Origin: Longivirga aurantiaca
GTDB taxonomy: Bacteria; Actinomycetota; Actinomycetes; S36-B12; CAIYMF01
Direction: 5' to 3'
DNA length: 32,000 nt
NCBI RefSeq assembly: GCF_042660085.1
Contig: NZ_JBHSTI010000002.1
Coordinates: forward strand, 360,001 to 392,000
The notes beneath the pieces were generated by a model. That model saw nothing but the letters and a program-made list of their open reading frames with translations. It did no database searches and was not told the origin of the DNA. A program made the position numbers and the translations under genes. Positions within the stretch are counted from its first letter, which is position 1, and every line of letters starts with the position of its first letter. Positions 16,238-24,215 of this stretch are shown here, in pieces.

Positions 16238-17611
16238 ATGACAGGTCGGCGGACGGTCGGCGCCGTCGACAACATCTGGCTGCGGATGGACCGCCCCGCC
16301 AACCTCATGGTGATCGACTCCGTGATGTGGCTCGACGAGCCGCTCGACCTCGAGCGCTTCCGAGCCGTCGTGCAGCGCCGGATCGTCGACCGGTTCCCTG
16401 TGTTCTCCCAGCGGATCGCGCCGGACACCCTCCCGCTGCTCGCACCGCAGTGGGAGGACGACCCCGAGTTCGACCTCGACCGGCACCTGTTCATGGCGGT
16501 GCTGCCGGAGCCCGCGGGGGAGGCGGAGCTGAAGGCGTTCGTCGAGTCGGTGATGCACGTGCCCCTCGACCGTGCTCACCCGCTCTGGCAGATACACATC
16601 ATCGAGGGGTACGGCGGCGGCGCGGCGGTGGTGAGCAGGTTCCACCACGCGATCGCGGACGGCATCGCGCTCGCGCAGGTGCTCCTGTCGCTCACCGACG
16701 AGGAGCCGGACGGAGACCTCGTGGACGTCAGCCCGGAGCCGCCGCCCAACGCGGGCTGGACGCTGTCCGTCCCCGGCCTCGGCACGGCGCGGAACGCGAT
16801 CAACGAGGCGTCGAAGCTCGTGCGACCGTCGGTCGTGCGCGACGCGTTCACCCTGGTGTCGCAGACGGCGCACATCGCCGACAAGCTGCTGCTCGGGTCG
16901 AACCCGCCCGGGCCGCTCCTCGGGCAGCCGGGGCTCGCCAAGCGGGCGGTGTGGTCGCGTCCGCACCCCATCGCGCAGATCAAGGCCATCGGGCGCTCGA
17001 GCGGCGCCACGGTGAACGACGTGCTCGTGGCCGCAGTGACCGGCGCGCTGGCGTCGTACGTGCTCGACGAGGGTGGGGTCCCCGAGGACCTGACCACGAT
17101 GGTCCCGGTGAACCTGCGGCCGATCGACAAGCCGCTGCCGCGCGAGCTCGGCAACAAGTTCGCCCTCGCCATGCTGCCGATGCCGTTGGCCGAGAGGTCG
17201 CCGCGCGACCGGCTCACGGCCGCCAAGCAGCGGATGGACCGGATCAAGGAGTCGCCCGAGGCGCTCATCACCTTCGGCCTCATCAATGCGATCGGATTGA
17301 CGCACCCCAAGGTGGAGGACCTGCTCGTCGACTTCTTCTCGAGCAAGGCGATCGGCGTCACGACCAACGTGATGGGCCCGCTGCAGGACCGCTACCTCGC
17401 GGGCAGCCGCATCGCCGGCGTCCTCGGGTGGGTGCCGGGCTCGGGCCACCAGACCGTCGGCGTCTGCATCTTCAGCTACAACCAGACCGTGCGCGTCGGG
17501 TTCAAGGTCGACGCGACCGTCGTGCCGGACGCCGACCGGCTCGTCGACGCTTTCGACGCCGAGCTCGACGACCTCCTGGCCATCTCCACCGCAGCGCACC
17601 GAGGAGCGTGA
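16238..17611 (+). CDS. wax ester synthase/diacylglycerol acyltransferase (WS/DGAT)
   Basis: 457 aa. Has the HHAIADG active-site motif (HHxxxDG), an N-terminal NIWLRMDRPANLMVI, and a C-terminal TNVMGP. Confidence 0.9.
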   Translation: MTGRRTVGAVDNIWLRMDRPANLMVIDSVMWLDEPLDLERFRAVVQRRIVDRFPVFSQRIAPDTLPLLAPQWEDDPEFDLDRHLFMAVLPEPAGEAELKAFVESVMHVPLDRAHPLWQIHIIEGYGGGAAVVSRFHHAIADGIALAQVLLSLTDEEPDGDLVDVSPEPPPNAGWTLSVPGLGTARNAINEASKLVRPSVVRDAFTLVSQTAHIADKLLLGSNPPGPLLGQPGLAKRAVWSRPHPIAQIKAIGRSSGATVNDVLVAAVTGALASYVLDEGGVPEDLTTMVPVNLRPIDKPLPRELGNKFALAMLPMPLAERSPRDRLTAAKQRMDRIKESPEALITFGLINAIGLTHPKVEDLLVDFFSSKAIGVTTNVMGPLQDRYLAGSRIAGVLGWVPGSGHQTVGVCIFSYNQTVRVGFKVDATVVPDADRLVDAFDAELDDLLAISTAAHRGA

Positions 17612-17615
17612 CGCC

Positions 17616-18050
17616 GTGGCGACCGACAACGCCGTGAAGACCGTCCGGATCGAGGCCCCGGCGCAGGACGCGCTGGCCACGATCCGCGCCGTCGAGGGCC
17701 AGGTCGTCTGGGTGCACGAGATCAAGGCCGCGCAGGTGCTCACCCGCGACGACGAGGGTCTGCCGATCACCGCGGCCTTCGCGGCGTCGACGCCGGTGGG
17801 CACCGACGAGTACACGCTCGCGTACACGCACCGTGCCGACGGCATGGACTGGACCCTCGTGCAGGGCAAGCTGCAGACGGGGCAGGAGGCGCACTACACC
17901 GTGGTGCCCGCCGGCGCGGACGCCTGCGACGTGACCTTCGACCTGACCGTGAGCCACAACCTGCCCATCCCGGGGTTCCTGCGGCGCAAGGTCATCGGCG
18001 ACCTCGTCACGAGCACGCTCACCGGTCTGCGGCGTCACCTCGAGGGCTGA
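17616..18050 (+). CDS. SRPBCC (START/polyketide cyclase-like) family protein
   Basis: 144 aa; the GTG start lies 4 nt after the WS/DGAT stop. Size and an alternating beta-strand pattern followed by a long C-terminal helix fit the family. The family call is moderate. Confidence 0.65.
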   Translation: MATDNAVKTVRIEAPAQDALATIRAVEGQVVWVHEIKAAQVLTRDDEGLPITAAFAASTPVGTDEYTLAYTHRADGMDWTLVQGKLQTGQEAHYTVVPAGADACDVTFDLTVSHNLPIPGFLRRKVIGDLVTSTLTGLRRHLEG

Positions 18051-18894
18051 CCTTCACCGGATCGCGGCCGCGGCCGCGCAGGTCCTGCTCGAGCCGTGAG
18101 AGCGCGGTCTGCACCTCTGCGAGGCGGGTGAGCATCTCGGCGTCGTCCGCCTGCTCGCGCTTGTCCTCCTCCTCGCGCGCCTTCTCCATCGAGCTGATCA
18201 CGACGCCGATGAGGAGGTTGAAGACGATGAACGCCGCCAGCAGCACGTACGAGACGAAGAACGGGATGGCGAACATGCTGACAGGCTCGGCCTCGGCGAG
18301 GTACGTCGGGAAGTTCTCGAGCGTCAGCAGCACGAAGAGCGTGAGCATCGACCGGCCGATGGTCCCCCACGTCTCGGGGAGCGCCGCGCCGAACAGCGAC
18401 CAGCCGATCATGCCGTAGACGAACAGCAGCAGGACCGTGAGCACCACCATGCTCGCGACGGCGGGGATCGACTTGATGACCGTGAGCACGAGCATGCGGG
18501 CGTCGGGGAGGAAGCGCACCAGGCGCACGATCCGCGCGAGGCGCAGGAGCCGGAGCAGCTGGGCCTGCTCGCGCACGCCCGGGAGCAGGACAGCCCCGAT
18601 CACCACGAGGTCGAAGACGTTCCAGCCGTTGCGCAGGAAGTCCTGTGGCCGGCGGCCGTACGACGCGATGCGGAGGCCGAGCTCGACGACGAAGACCACG
18701 AAGAAGAGCTCGTTGAGCAGCACGAGCACGCCGCCGTACGAGTCCATGACCTCCGGGTAGGTCTCGAGCCCGAGGACGACGGCGTTCGCCACGATGACCG
18801 CAGCGATCGCGAGGTTGAAGCGGGACGAGTCGACGAGCCGGGCGATACGCCCGGCCCGTCGACTGTCACCTCCCGACGCGGAGGAGGAGGTCAC
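18019..18894 (-). CDS. voltage-gated ion channel, single 6-TM repeat, BacNav/NaChBac-like, with an atypical TLENFPT filter
   Basis: GTG at 18894 forms a GTGA overlap with the TerC stop; 291 aa. S4 is RLLRLARIVRLVRFL, with Arg at every third position. The pore is LTLFVLLTLENFPT, compared with TLESWSM in NaChBac. S6 is followed by a C-terminal coiled-coil-like tail. Confidence 0.85.
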   Translation of the reverse strand: MTSSSASGGDSRRAGRIARLVDSSRFNLAIAAVIVANAVVLGLETYPEVMDSYGGVLVLLNELFFVVFVVELGLRIASYGRRPQDFLRNGWNVFDLVVIGAVLLPGVREQAQLLRLLRLARIVRLVRFLPDARMLVLTVIKSIPAVASMVVLTVLLLFVYGMIGWSLFGAALPETWGTIGRSMLTLFVLLTLENFPTYLAEAEPVSMFAIPFFVSYVLLAAFIVFNLLIGVVISSMEKAREEEDKREQADDAEMLTRLAEVQTALSRLEQDLRGRGRDPVKVSPRGDAADR

Positions 18895-19982
18895 CCGCGC
18901 CCCTGGGGGGTCGATTCCGCCGGATCGGCGGTGGGCGCGGTGCCGACTGCGTCGGGGTGGTCGGCGGACGGGCTCCCGGACCCGTCCGCCGACCTTTCCG
19001 CGAGATCGACAGGGGCGGCGTCGATCTCGGCGGCGGGGGGGTCCTGGCCGCGCGTGGCGCGCAGGCTGAGGACGATGGAGCCGGTGATGATCGACGTGAC
19101 CACCACGAGCGAGACCCAGGTCGGGATCTTCACGATGTCCACGACCAGGAACATCTTGATGCCGACCCAGATGAGGACGAACGACAGGCCGGCCTTCAGG
19201 TACACGAACCGGTGCATGAGGTCGGCGAGCAGGAAGTACATCGCCCGAAGGCCGAGGATCGCGAAGGCGTTCGAGGCGAAGACGAGGAACGGCTCGCTCG
19301 TCACGGCGAAGACCGCGGGGATCGAGTCGACCGCGAAGATGATGTCGGTGACCTCGATCATCACGAGCACGAGCAGCAGCGGAGTGGCGAGACGCTTGCC
19401 GTTCTTGCGGATCCACAGCTTCTGGCCGTGGTACTCGTCGGTCGACGGCACGCGCCGGCGCCACCACGCGACGATCTTGGACGTCGACGGGTCGATGTGC
19501 GCGTCGCGCGTGCGCCACATCTTCCAGCCCGTCCAGACCAGGAAGAGCGCGAAGATGTACAGCACCCAGGCGAACGACGCGATGAGGGCGGAGCCGGCGG
19601 CGATGAAGATCGCGCGGAACACGAGGGCGCCGACGACACCGAGGAAGAGCACGCGGTGCTGGTACTGCCTCGGGACGGCGAAGTAGCTGAAGATGATCGC
19701 CCAGACGAACACGTTGTCGACGGCGAGCGACTTCTCGATCACGTACCCGGCGAAGTACTGCTGGCCGAACTCCGCGCCGTACACGGCCCAGATGACGCCG
19801 CCGGCGACGACGCCGATCGCGACCCAGATCCCTGTCCAGGTGGCGGCCTCGCGCACGGGGATCTCGTGGGCGTCGCGGTGCAGGAAGAGGTCGACGGCGA
19901 GCATCGCGAGAATCGCGACGAGCACGGCGCCCCAGGCGAGAAGGGACACGTCCACAGGAGAAACCTCCAGGTCGTACGGCAT
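18891..19982 (-). CDS. TerC-family integral membrane protein (putative Mn2+/metal exporter)
   Basis: ATG at 19982 (MPYDLEV) is in frame; 363 aa. Contains EKSLAVDNVFVW, EVTDIIFAVDSIPAVFAVT and AILGLRAMYFLL. Confidence 0.88.
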   Translation of the reverse strand: MPYDLEVSPVDVSLLAWGAVLVAILAMLAVDLFLHRDAHEIPVREAATWTGIWVAIGVVAGGVIWAVYGAEFGQQYFAGYVIEKSLAVDNVFVWAIIFSYFAVPRQYQHRVLFLGVVGALVFRAIFIAAGSALIASFAWVLYIFALFLVWTGWKMWRTRDAHIDPSTSKIVAWWRRRVPSTDEYHGQKLWIRKNGKRLATPLLLVLVMIEVTDIIFAVDSIPAVFAVTSEPFLVFASNAFAILGLRAMYFLLADLMHRFVYLKAGLSFVLIWVGIKMFLVVDIVKIPTWVSLVVVTSIITGSIVLSLRATRGQDPPAAEIDAAPVDLAERSADGSGSPSADHPDAVGTAPTADPAESTPQGRG

Positions 19983-19994
19983 CCCGGAAGAAAT

Positions 19995-20105
19995 GCCGTC
20001 GCAGGCCTGGTCTCCTTCACCCGGCGAGCCGGGCGGCGTCCCGGGCGGCACACGGGCCGCCGTACTGACGAGACGCTCTTGGTGAAGTACTCCCCACCGC
20101 GAACG
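19995..20105 (-). promoter_or_regulatory. yybP-ykoY (Mn2+-sensing) riboswitch in the terC leader
   Basis: The minus strand reads GGUGGGGAGUAC-CUUCACC ... GGUGAAG-GAGACC. The two conserved blocks flank a complementary helix about 25 nt upstream of the TerC ATG. TerC is a canonical downstream gene for this class. Confidence 0.7.
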
Positions 20106-20200
20106 CTAATACACGAACTGCATTTCCTGCAAATCGCACCAGGTGGGGGTCGAACCGCATCGCTGGGGACGCGTTCGGACCTCCAGCCCGAGACCCCCGC

Positions 20201-20252
20201 CGATTTGGTAGTGGAAAGTCGCGGCAGGGCGCGACTTTCCACTACCAAGTCG
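20201..20252. repeat. long perfect hairpin (TTGGTAGTGGAAAGTCGCG-GCAGGG-CGCGACTTTCCACTACCAA), left copy
   Basis: Read directly: 19-bp perfect stem at 20205-20248, extendable to about 23 bp with one G-T pair. Confidence 0.9.
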
Positions 20253-20339
20253 GGGTGCGGCCGGATTCGCCTGTGGTTGCTGTGGATATCGCCTGTCGGT
20301 GGTCGGTGCATTGTCGGAGGTGGTCGGCATGATGGGGTC

Positions 20340-21815
20340 ATGTCGCAGGCCACCATCGTCGATCCGGCGGTGGAGCTCGCGCGCCTGGTCGCGGGTGCGC
20401 GGGGCCTGCTTGCGGAGGCGTCGGCGCTGGCCGGTTCCGGTGCCGTGTCTGAGGTGCAGCTGGCGGGTCTGCCGGAGCTGACGGCGGAGCTGTTCGCGGC
20501 CCGGGACGCCGCCCACGCCCTGGGCGTGGTTGCGGTCGATCGCCTGGACGCGTCGGGGGTGCTGGCGTCGGCGGGGTTCGGGTCGACGACGGCGTTCCTG
20601 ACCCAGCGCACCGGCATGGCCCCCGGCAGGGCCAGCAGCGTCGTCTCCGGCGCCCGCACGCTGCGGTCGTACGCCGCGACGCGCGTCGCGCTGGTCGCGG
20701 GCCGGGTCACCCCGGACCTGGCCGCTGCCCTGGTGCGCGGGTCGGAGGCTGCGATCGCGGACAGGACCGCCGACGACCGGGTGCAGTGGCGGGCGTTCTG
20801 CGAGGACTACCTCCTCCCCATCGCCGAGCAGGGCTCGGTCGAGGAGGTCGTGGGCGCTGCCGCGGTCCTCAAGGAGATCCTGGATCCGGAGGCCGCGGCC
20901 CGCCGGGCCGAGGAGGCGATGGCTCAGCAGTTCTTGACGGTGACCCGGGTGGGGGACCAGTTCGTGATCAAGGGTGCGTTGACCCTGGAGGACGGCGCGG
21001 CGCTCAAGGTGCTGCTGGACCGGATGCGCGACGCGAAGTTCCGGTCGGGCTCGCTCACCCCTGAGGAGCAGCCCACCGGGGATGCCGCGGTCGACGAGCG
21101 CCGGCGCCGGATCGCCGCGGCGCACCAGGACGCCCTGTCGTTGAACCACCTCGTGCAGCTGTGGCTGACCAGCGGCATGGTCGGCCGCGCCCACGGGGTC
21201 CGACCGCACGTCACCATCACCACGTCGGTCGACGACCTCGACGCGGGGTTCCCGGGCGAGATGACCGTCCCCGGGATGTCGTCCCCGGTGCTGGTCAACG
21301 CCGAGACGGTGAAGCGGATGCTGTGCGACGCGTCGGTGACCGAGCTCGGCGTCATCGGGTCCGTCGCGGACCGGCACGCGCACCACCACGACGGCGTCCC
21401 CTGCCACGGCGCTGCCCACCGGGGGCGACACGGGCACGTGCACGGCGTCGGCGGCTGCGAGCTCAACGCGGACTCGGCGCGGTTGCTGCGCCGCCGCCAC
21501 CACGTCTGGGACGAGGGACGCCGGTACCGCACCGTGCCGCCCCGCCTGCGTCGGGCGCTGGACCTGCGGGACCGGCACTGCGCCTTCCCCGGCTGCCGGA
21601 TCGCGGTCGGGTGGTGCGAGGCCCACCACATCACCGAGTGGGAGCACGGCGGCGCGACCGACCTCGACAACCTCACGCTGCTATGCGCGAAGCACCACCA
21701 CGCGGTGCACGAGGGCGGCTGGACCATCGTGAAGAACCCCGGCATCGATCCGGGCTGCCCGACCTGGCTCACCGTCGAACCGCCCGACCCCAGCCCCGTC
21801 CGAACCCGGCCCTGA
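20340..21815 (+). CDS. DUF222 + HNH endonuclease protein (REP13E12-type family)
   Basis: ATG at 20340 is in frame (GTG at 20337 is possible); 491 aa. The C-terminus has RHCAFPGC...CEAHHITEWEHGGATDLDNLTLLCAKHHHAVH, the HNH motif. The N-terminal alpha-helical region is typical of DUF222. Confidence 0.88.
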   Translation: MSQATIVDPAVELARLVAGARGLLAEASALAGSGAVSEVQLAGLPELTAELFAARDAAHALGVVAVDRLDASGVLASAGFGSTTAFLTQRTGMAPGRASSVVSGARTLRSYAATRVALVAGRVTPDLAAALVRGSEAAIADRTADDRVQWRAFCEDYLLPIAEQGSVEEVVGAAAVLKEILDPEAAARRAEEAMAQQFLTVTRVGDQFVIKGALTLEDGAALKVLLDRMRDAKFRSGSLTPEEQPTGDAAVDERRRRIAAAHQDALSLNHLVQLWLTSGMVGRAHGVRPHVTITTSVDDLDAGFPGEMTVPGMSSPVLVNAETVKRMLCDASVTELGVIGSVADRHAHHHDGVPCHGAAHRGRHGHVHGVGGCELNADSARLLRRRHHVWDEGRRYRTVPPRLRRALDLRDRHCAFPGCRIAVGWCEAHHITEWEHGGATDLDNLTLLCAKHHHAVHEGGWTIVKNPGIDPGCPTWLTVEPPDPSPVRTRP

Positions 21816-21951
21816 AGAAGGGCCGGCGCGCGAGGGATCCACCAGCACCACCCCGAGACCGCACCACCCGACAGGGAGCGGTCCCTTCGGCATGTCCAGG
21901 CACGGGTGGCACCGCGAGAAGCAACAGGCAGTCGGCGTCACCGCGGATGGC

Positions 21952-22003
21952 CGATTCGGTAGTGGAATCTCGCGCTCTGCCCCGACTTTCCACTACCAAA
22001 TCG
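21952..22003. repeat. second, partly degenerate copy of the hairpin element, inverted relative to the left copy
   Basis: CGATTCGGTAGTGGAATCTCGCGCTCTGCCCCGACTTTCCACTACCAAATCG. It aligns best to the reverse complement of 20201-20252: the loop is CTCTGCC versus CCCTGCC and the outer flank CCAAATCG is shared. Confidence 0.85.
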
Positions 22004-22060
22004 CGCCCCGACGTGCCGTTCGCGTTCGCTTGGTTCGTGGCCAACCGGCATCATCGCCGC

Positions 22061-22269
22061 GTGCCGACGATCAGGCAACTACTGATGAACGACCTCTGCG
22101 TCGATCTCGGCTTCTGCTTGCCTCCGGAGGCGACCCGGCGCCTGCCTGGCTAGTCCAACCCAGACCCGCCGCGTTCGCCGACGCCATCTTCGAGGCCGAG
22201 GGCTCACCGGGCCCGAGCGTGACCTGCATCGGTACCGAGAGGTTCGCAGGCGGGCGGCTGAGGTCCTGA
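22061..22269 (+). pseudogene. possible frameshifted small ORF (VPTIRQLLMNDLCVDLGFCLPPEATRRLPG* continuing in the -1 frame as ...AAFADAIFEAEGSPGPSV...)
   Basis: Two adjacent short frames with high GC3 are separated by a 1-nt shift near 22150. No recognisable domain. Confidence 0.25.
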
Positions 22270-22388
22270 GCATGGACACGCCCTGGGCGATTGGCGCCGC
22301 TGTCGCTCGTTTCGCGCTGTGCGTGTCTCTTGGGCGCGTGGCGCGGAGGGGGGATGGTCCGCGAGGTCCCCAGGCCGCCCATCACGCG

Positions 22389-23537
22389 TCAGGCGAGTCG
22401 GGCCAGCAGGAGCTTGGCGACGATCTCGGTCATGATCTCGGTCGTGCCGCCGCCGATGCCGAGGATCCGGCTGTCGCGGTAGTGGCGCTCGACCTCGCAC
22501 TCGCGCATGTAGCCCATGCCGCCGTGCAGCTGCACGGCCGCGTCGACCACGCGGTCGCAGGCGGCGACTGCGGTGTTCTTGGCCATCGCGACGCGCATGA
22601 GGACGTCGTCGCCGGCGAGCCAGTCGTCGGTGACGGCACGGGTGTACGTGCGGGCGACGTCGACGTCGCGGGCCATCTCGGCCAGCCGGTGCGCCACCAC
22701 CTGTCGGCTGGCGAGGGGACGGCCGAAGGTTTCCCGCTGGCGCGTCCACGCGATGCTGAGGTCGAGGCAGCGCTGCGCGGTGGCGTACGCCTGGACGGCG
22801 ATCGACAGCCGCTCGGCCGCGAACTGGCCGACGATCTGCAGGAAGCCGGTGCCTTCCGCGCCGACGAGGTTGGCGCGCGGCACGCGCACCTCGTCGAAGG
22901 TGATCCCGGCGGTGTCCGAGCAGAGCCACCCCATCTTCGCGAGGGGTGCCGACACGGTGACGCCGGGTGCGGAGCTGTCGATCACGAGCAGGGAGATCCC
23001 GCCGGCGCCGTCACCGCCCGTGCGGACCGCGGTCGTGATGAAGTCCGCGCGGGTGCCGGACGTGATGTAGAGCTTCGCGCCGCTCACGACGTAGTCGTCG
23101 CCGTCGACGACTGCCCGCGTGCGGATGCCGGCCACGTCGGAGCCGCCGTCCGGCTCCGTGATCGCCAGCGACACGATGCGCTCGCCGGCGAGCACCGGGC
23201 GCGCCACGCGGTCGACCAACGCCGGGTCGCCCGCGGTCACGAGGTGCGGGAGCCCGATGCCGTGGGTGAACAGCGCGGCCACGAGGCCGGACGACGCGCC
23301 CGACAGGATCAGCTCCTCGGCCACGACGAACGCGTCGATCGGCGTGCCGCCGCTGCCACCGACCGACTCCGGGAACCCGATGCCGAGCAGCCCCGCCTCG
23401 GCGGTCTTCCGGTGCAGCTCGCGCGGCACCGATCCGGCCGCCTCCCACTCCGCGAGGTGCGGCAGCACCTCGCGCTCGCTGAAGCGCCGTACCGTCTCGC
23501 GCAGGAGCCGTCGTTCCTCGGTGTCCCAGCTGTCCAT
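22389..23537 (-). CDS. acyl-CoA dehydrogenase
   Basis: 382 aa. Contains LAITEPDGGSDVAG, YITSG, QVVAHRLAEM and QLHGGMGYMRECEVERHYRDSRILGIGGGTTEI. Confidence 0.92.
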   Translation of the reverse strand: MDSWDTEERRLLRETVRRFSEREVLPHLAEWEAAGSVPRELHRKTAEAGLLGIGFPESVGGSGGTPIDAFVVAEELILSGASSGLVAALFTHGIGLPHLVTAGDPALVDRVARPVLAGERIVSLAITEPDGGSDVAGIRTRAVVDGDDYVVSGAKLYITSGTRADFITTAVRTGGDGAGGISLLVIDSSAPGVTVSAPLAKMGWLCSDTAGITFDEVRVPRANLVGAEGTGFLQIVGQFAAERLSIAVQAYATAQRCLDLSIAWTRQRETFGRPLASRQVVAHRLAEMARDVDVARTYTRAVTDDWLAGDDVLMRVAMAKNTAVAACDRVVDAAVQLHGGMGYMRECEVERHYRDSRILGIGGGTTEIMTEIVAKLLLARLA

Positions 23538-23612
23538 GGGCGGTGCCTCTCCCTCATCTGCCGAGCGGGAGGCTCACGCTAGCTGCCGTTGGGGCAGTTG
23601 ACTTCTCGGGTC

Positions 23613-24215
23613 TCAGTCGTCGAGGCCGCGGGCCACGAGCGCATCGCCCAGGGCGGTCGCCATCCGCAGCGAGCGGACGACGAGCGCGACCGTGTACGCC
23701 TGCGGCGCGAACACCACCCCGCGCGCCCGCTGGGCGTCGCGGACGTCGTACGCCGCCCCCACGACCACGGGCACCGACCGCATCCCCAGCGCGAGCATGA
23801 GGCCGACGCGGTCGGGGTCGACGCCGAGACGCCGCAACGGCCCGCACGCGGTGACCACCGCGTCGGCCATGGCGGTCGTCCGCGTCGTCAGCGTCACGAG
23901 GGCGGCGGCCAGGACGAGCACGAGCACGGTGCCGACGACGACGGCGGCACGGGACCAGCCCGCCGCCCACACCTGGAACCCGCCGATGAACAGCAGCACC
24001 CACAGCATCGGCCGCACCTGGCGCCAGACCAGCGCCAGCGGGAAGCCAGCGACCCCGTACCCGACGAGCACCACGACGCCGACGGCCGCGATCTGCCACG
24101 GCGTGTGCAGCCAGATGGTGAGGACGGAGAGCGCGAGCAGCACCAGCAGCTTCACCCCTGCGCGGGTCCGGTGCAGCACGGAGTCGCCGGGGACGTAGAG
24201 CGAGAGGTCCCTCAT
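23613..24215 (-). CDS. ECF transporter transmembrane (T) component, EcfT/BioN-like
   Basis: ATG at 24215 forms an ATGA overlap with the ecfA stop; 200 aa. Hydrophobic, with DAQRARG near the C-terminus, resembling the conserved Arg-containing EcfT coupling motif. Confidence 0.8.
   Translation of the reverse strand: MRDLSLYVPGDSVLHRTRAGVKLLVLLALSVLTIWLHTPWQIAAVGVVVLVGYGVAGFPLALVWRQVRPMLWVLLFIGGFQVWAAGWSRAAVVVGTVLVLVLAAALVTLTTRTTAMADAVVTACGPLRRLGVDPDRVGLMLALGMRSVPVVVGAAYDVRDAQRARGVVFAPQAYTVALVVRSLRMATALGDALVARGLDD

Larger units (their letters stand above)
20201..22003 (+). mobile_element. putative 1.8-kb unit: a single HNH/DUF222 gene bounded by ~50-bp inverted hairpin repeats
   Basis: The two hairpin copies are in inverted orientation on either side of one gene, a tRNA-Ser-like remnant abuts the left end, and the REP13E12 family is multi-copy in other actinobacteria. 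Mobility is not shown and no target-site duplication was seen. Confidence 0.35.

Noticed and set aside
15883-16494. Upstream extension of the beta-lactamase-like ORF that would add about 200 aa
   Set aside because: The extension has no signal peptide or domain. It runs through the G-run/C-run hairpin, giving EEGEGEG and PPPPP tracts, and overlaps the WS/DGAT start region.
20130-20200. Possible functional tRNA gene on the minus strand
   Set aside because: Only an anticodon-arm-like hairpin and a T-loop-like GGTTCGA are present. The T-stem does not pair, and there is no D-arm or acceptor stem. It is kept only as a remnant in the findings.
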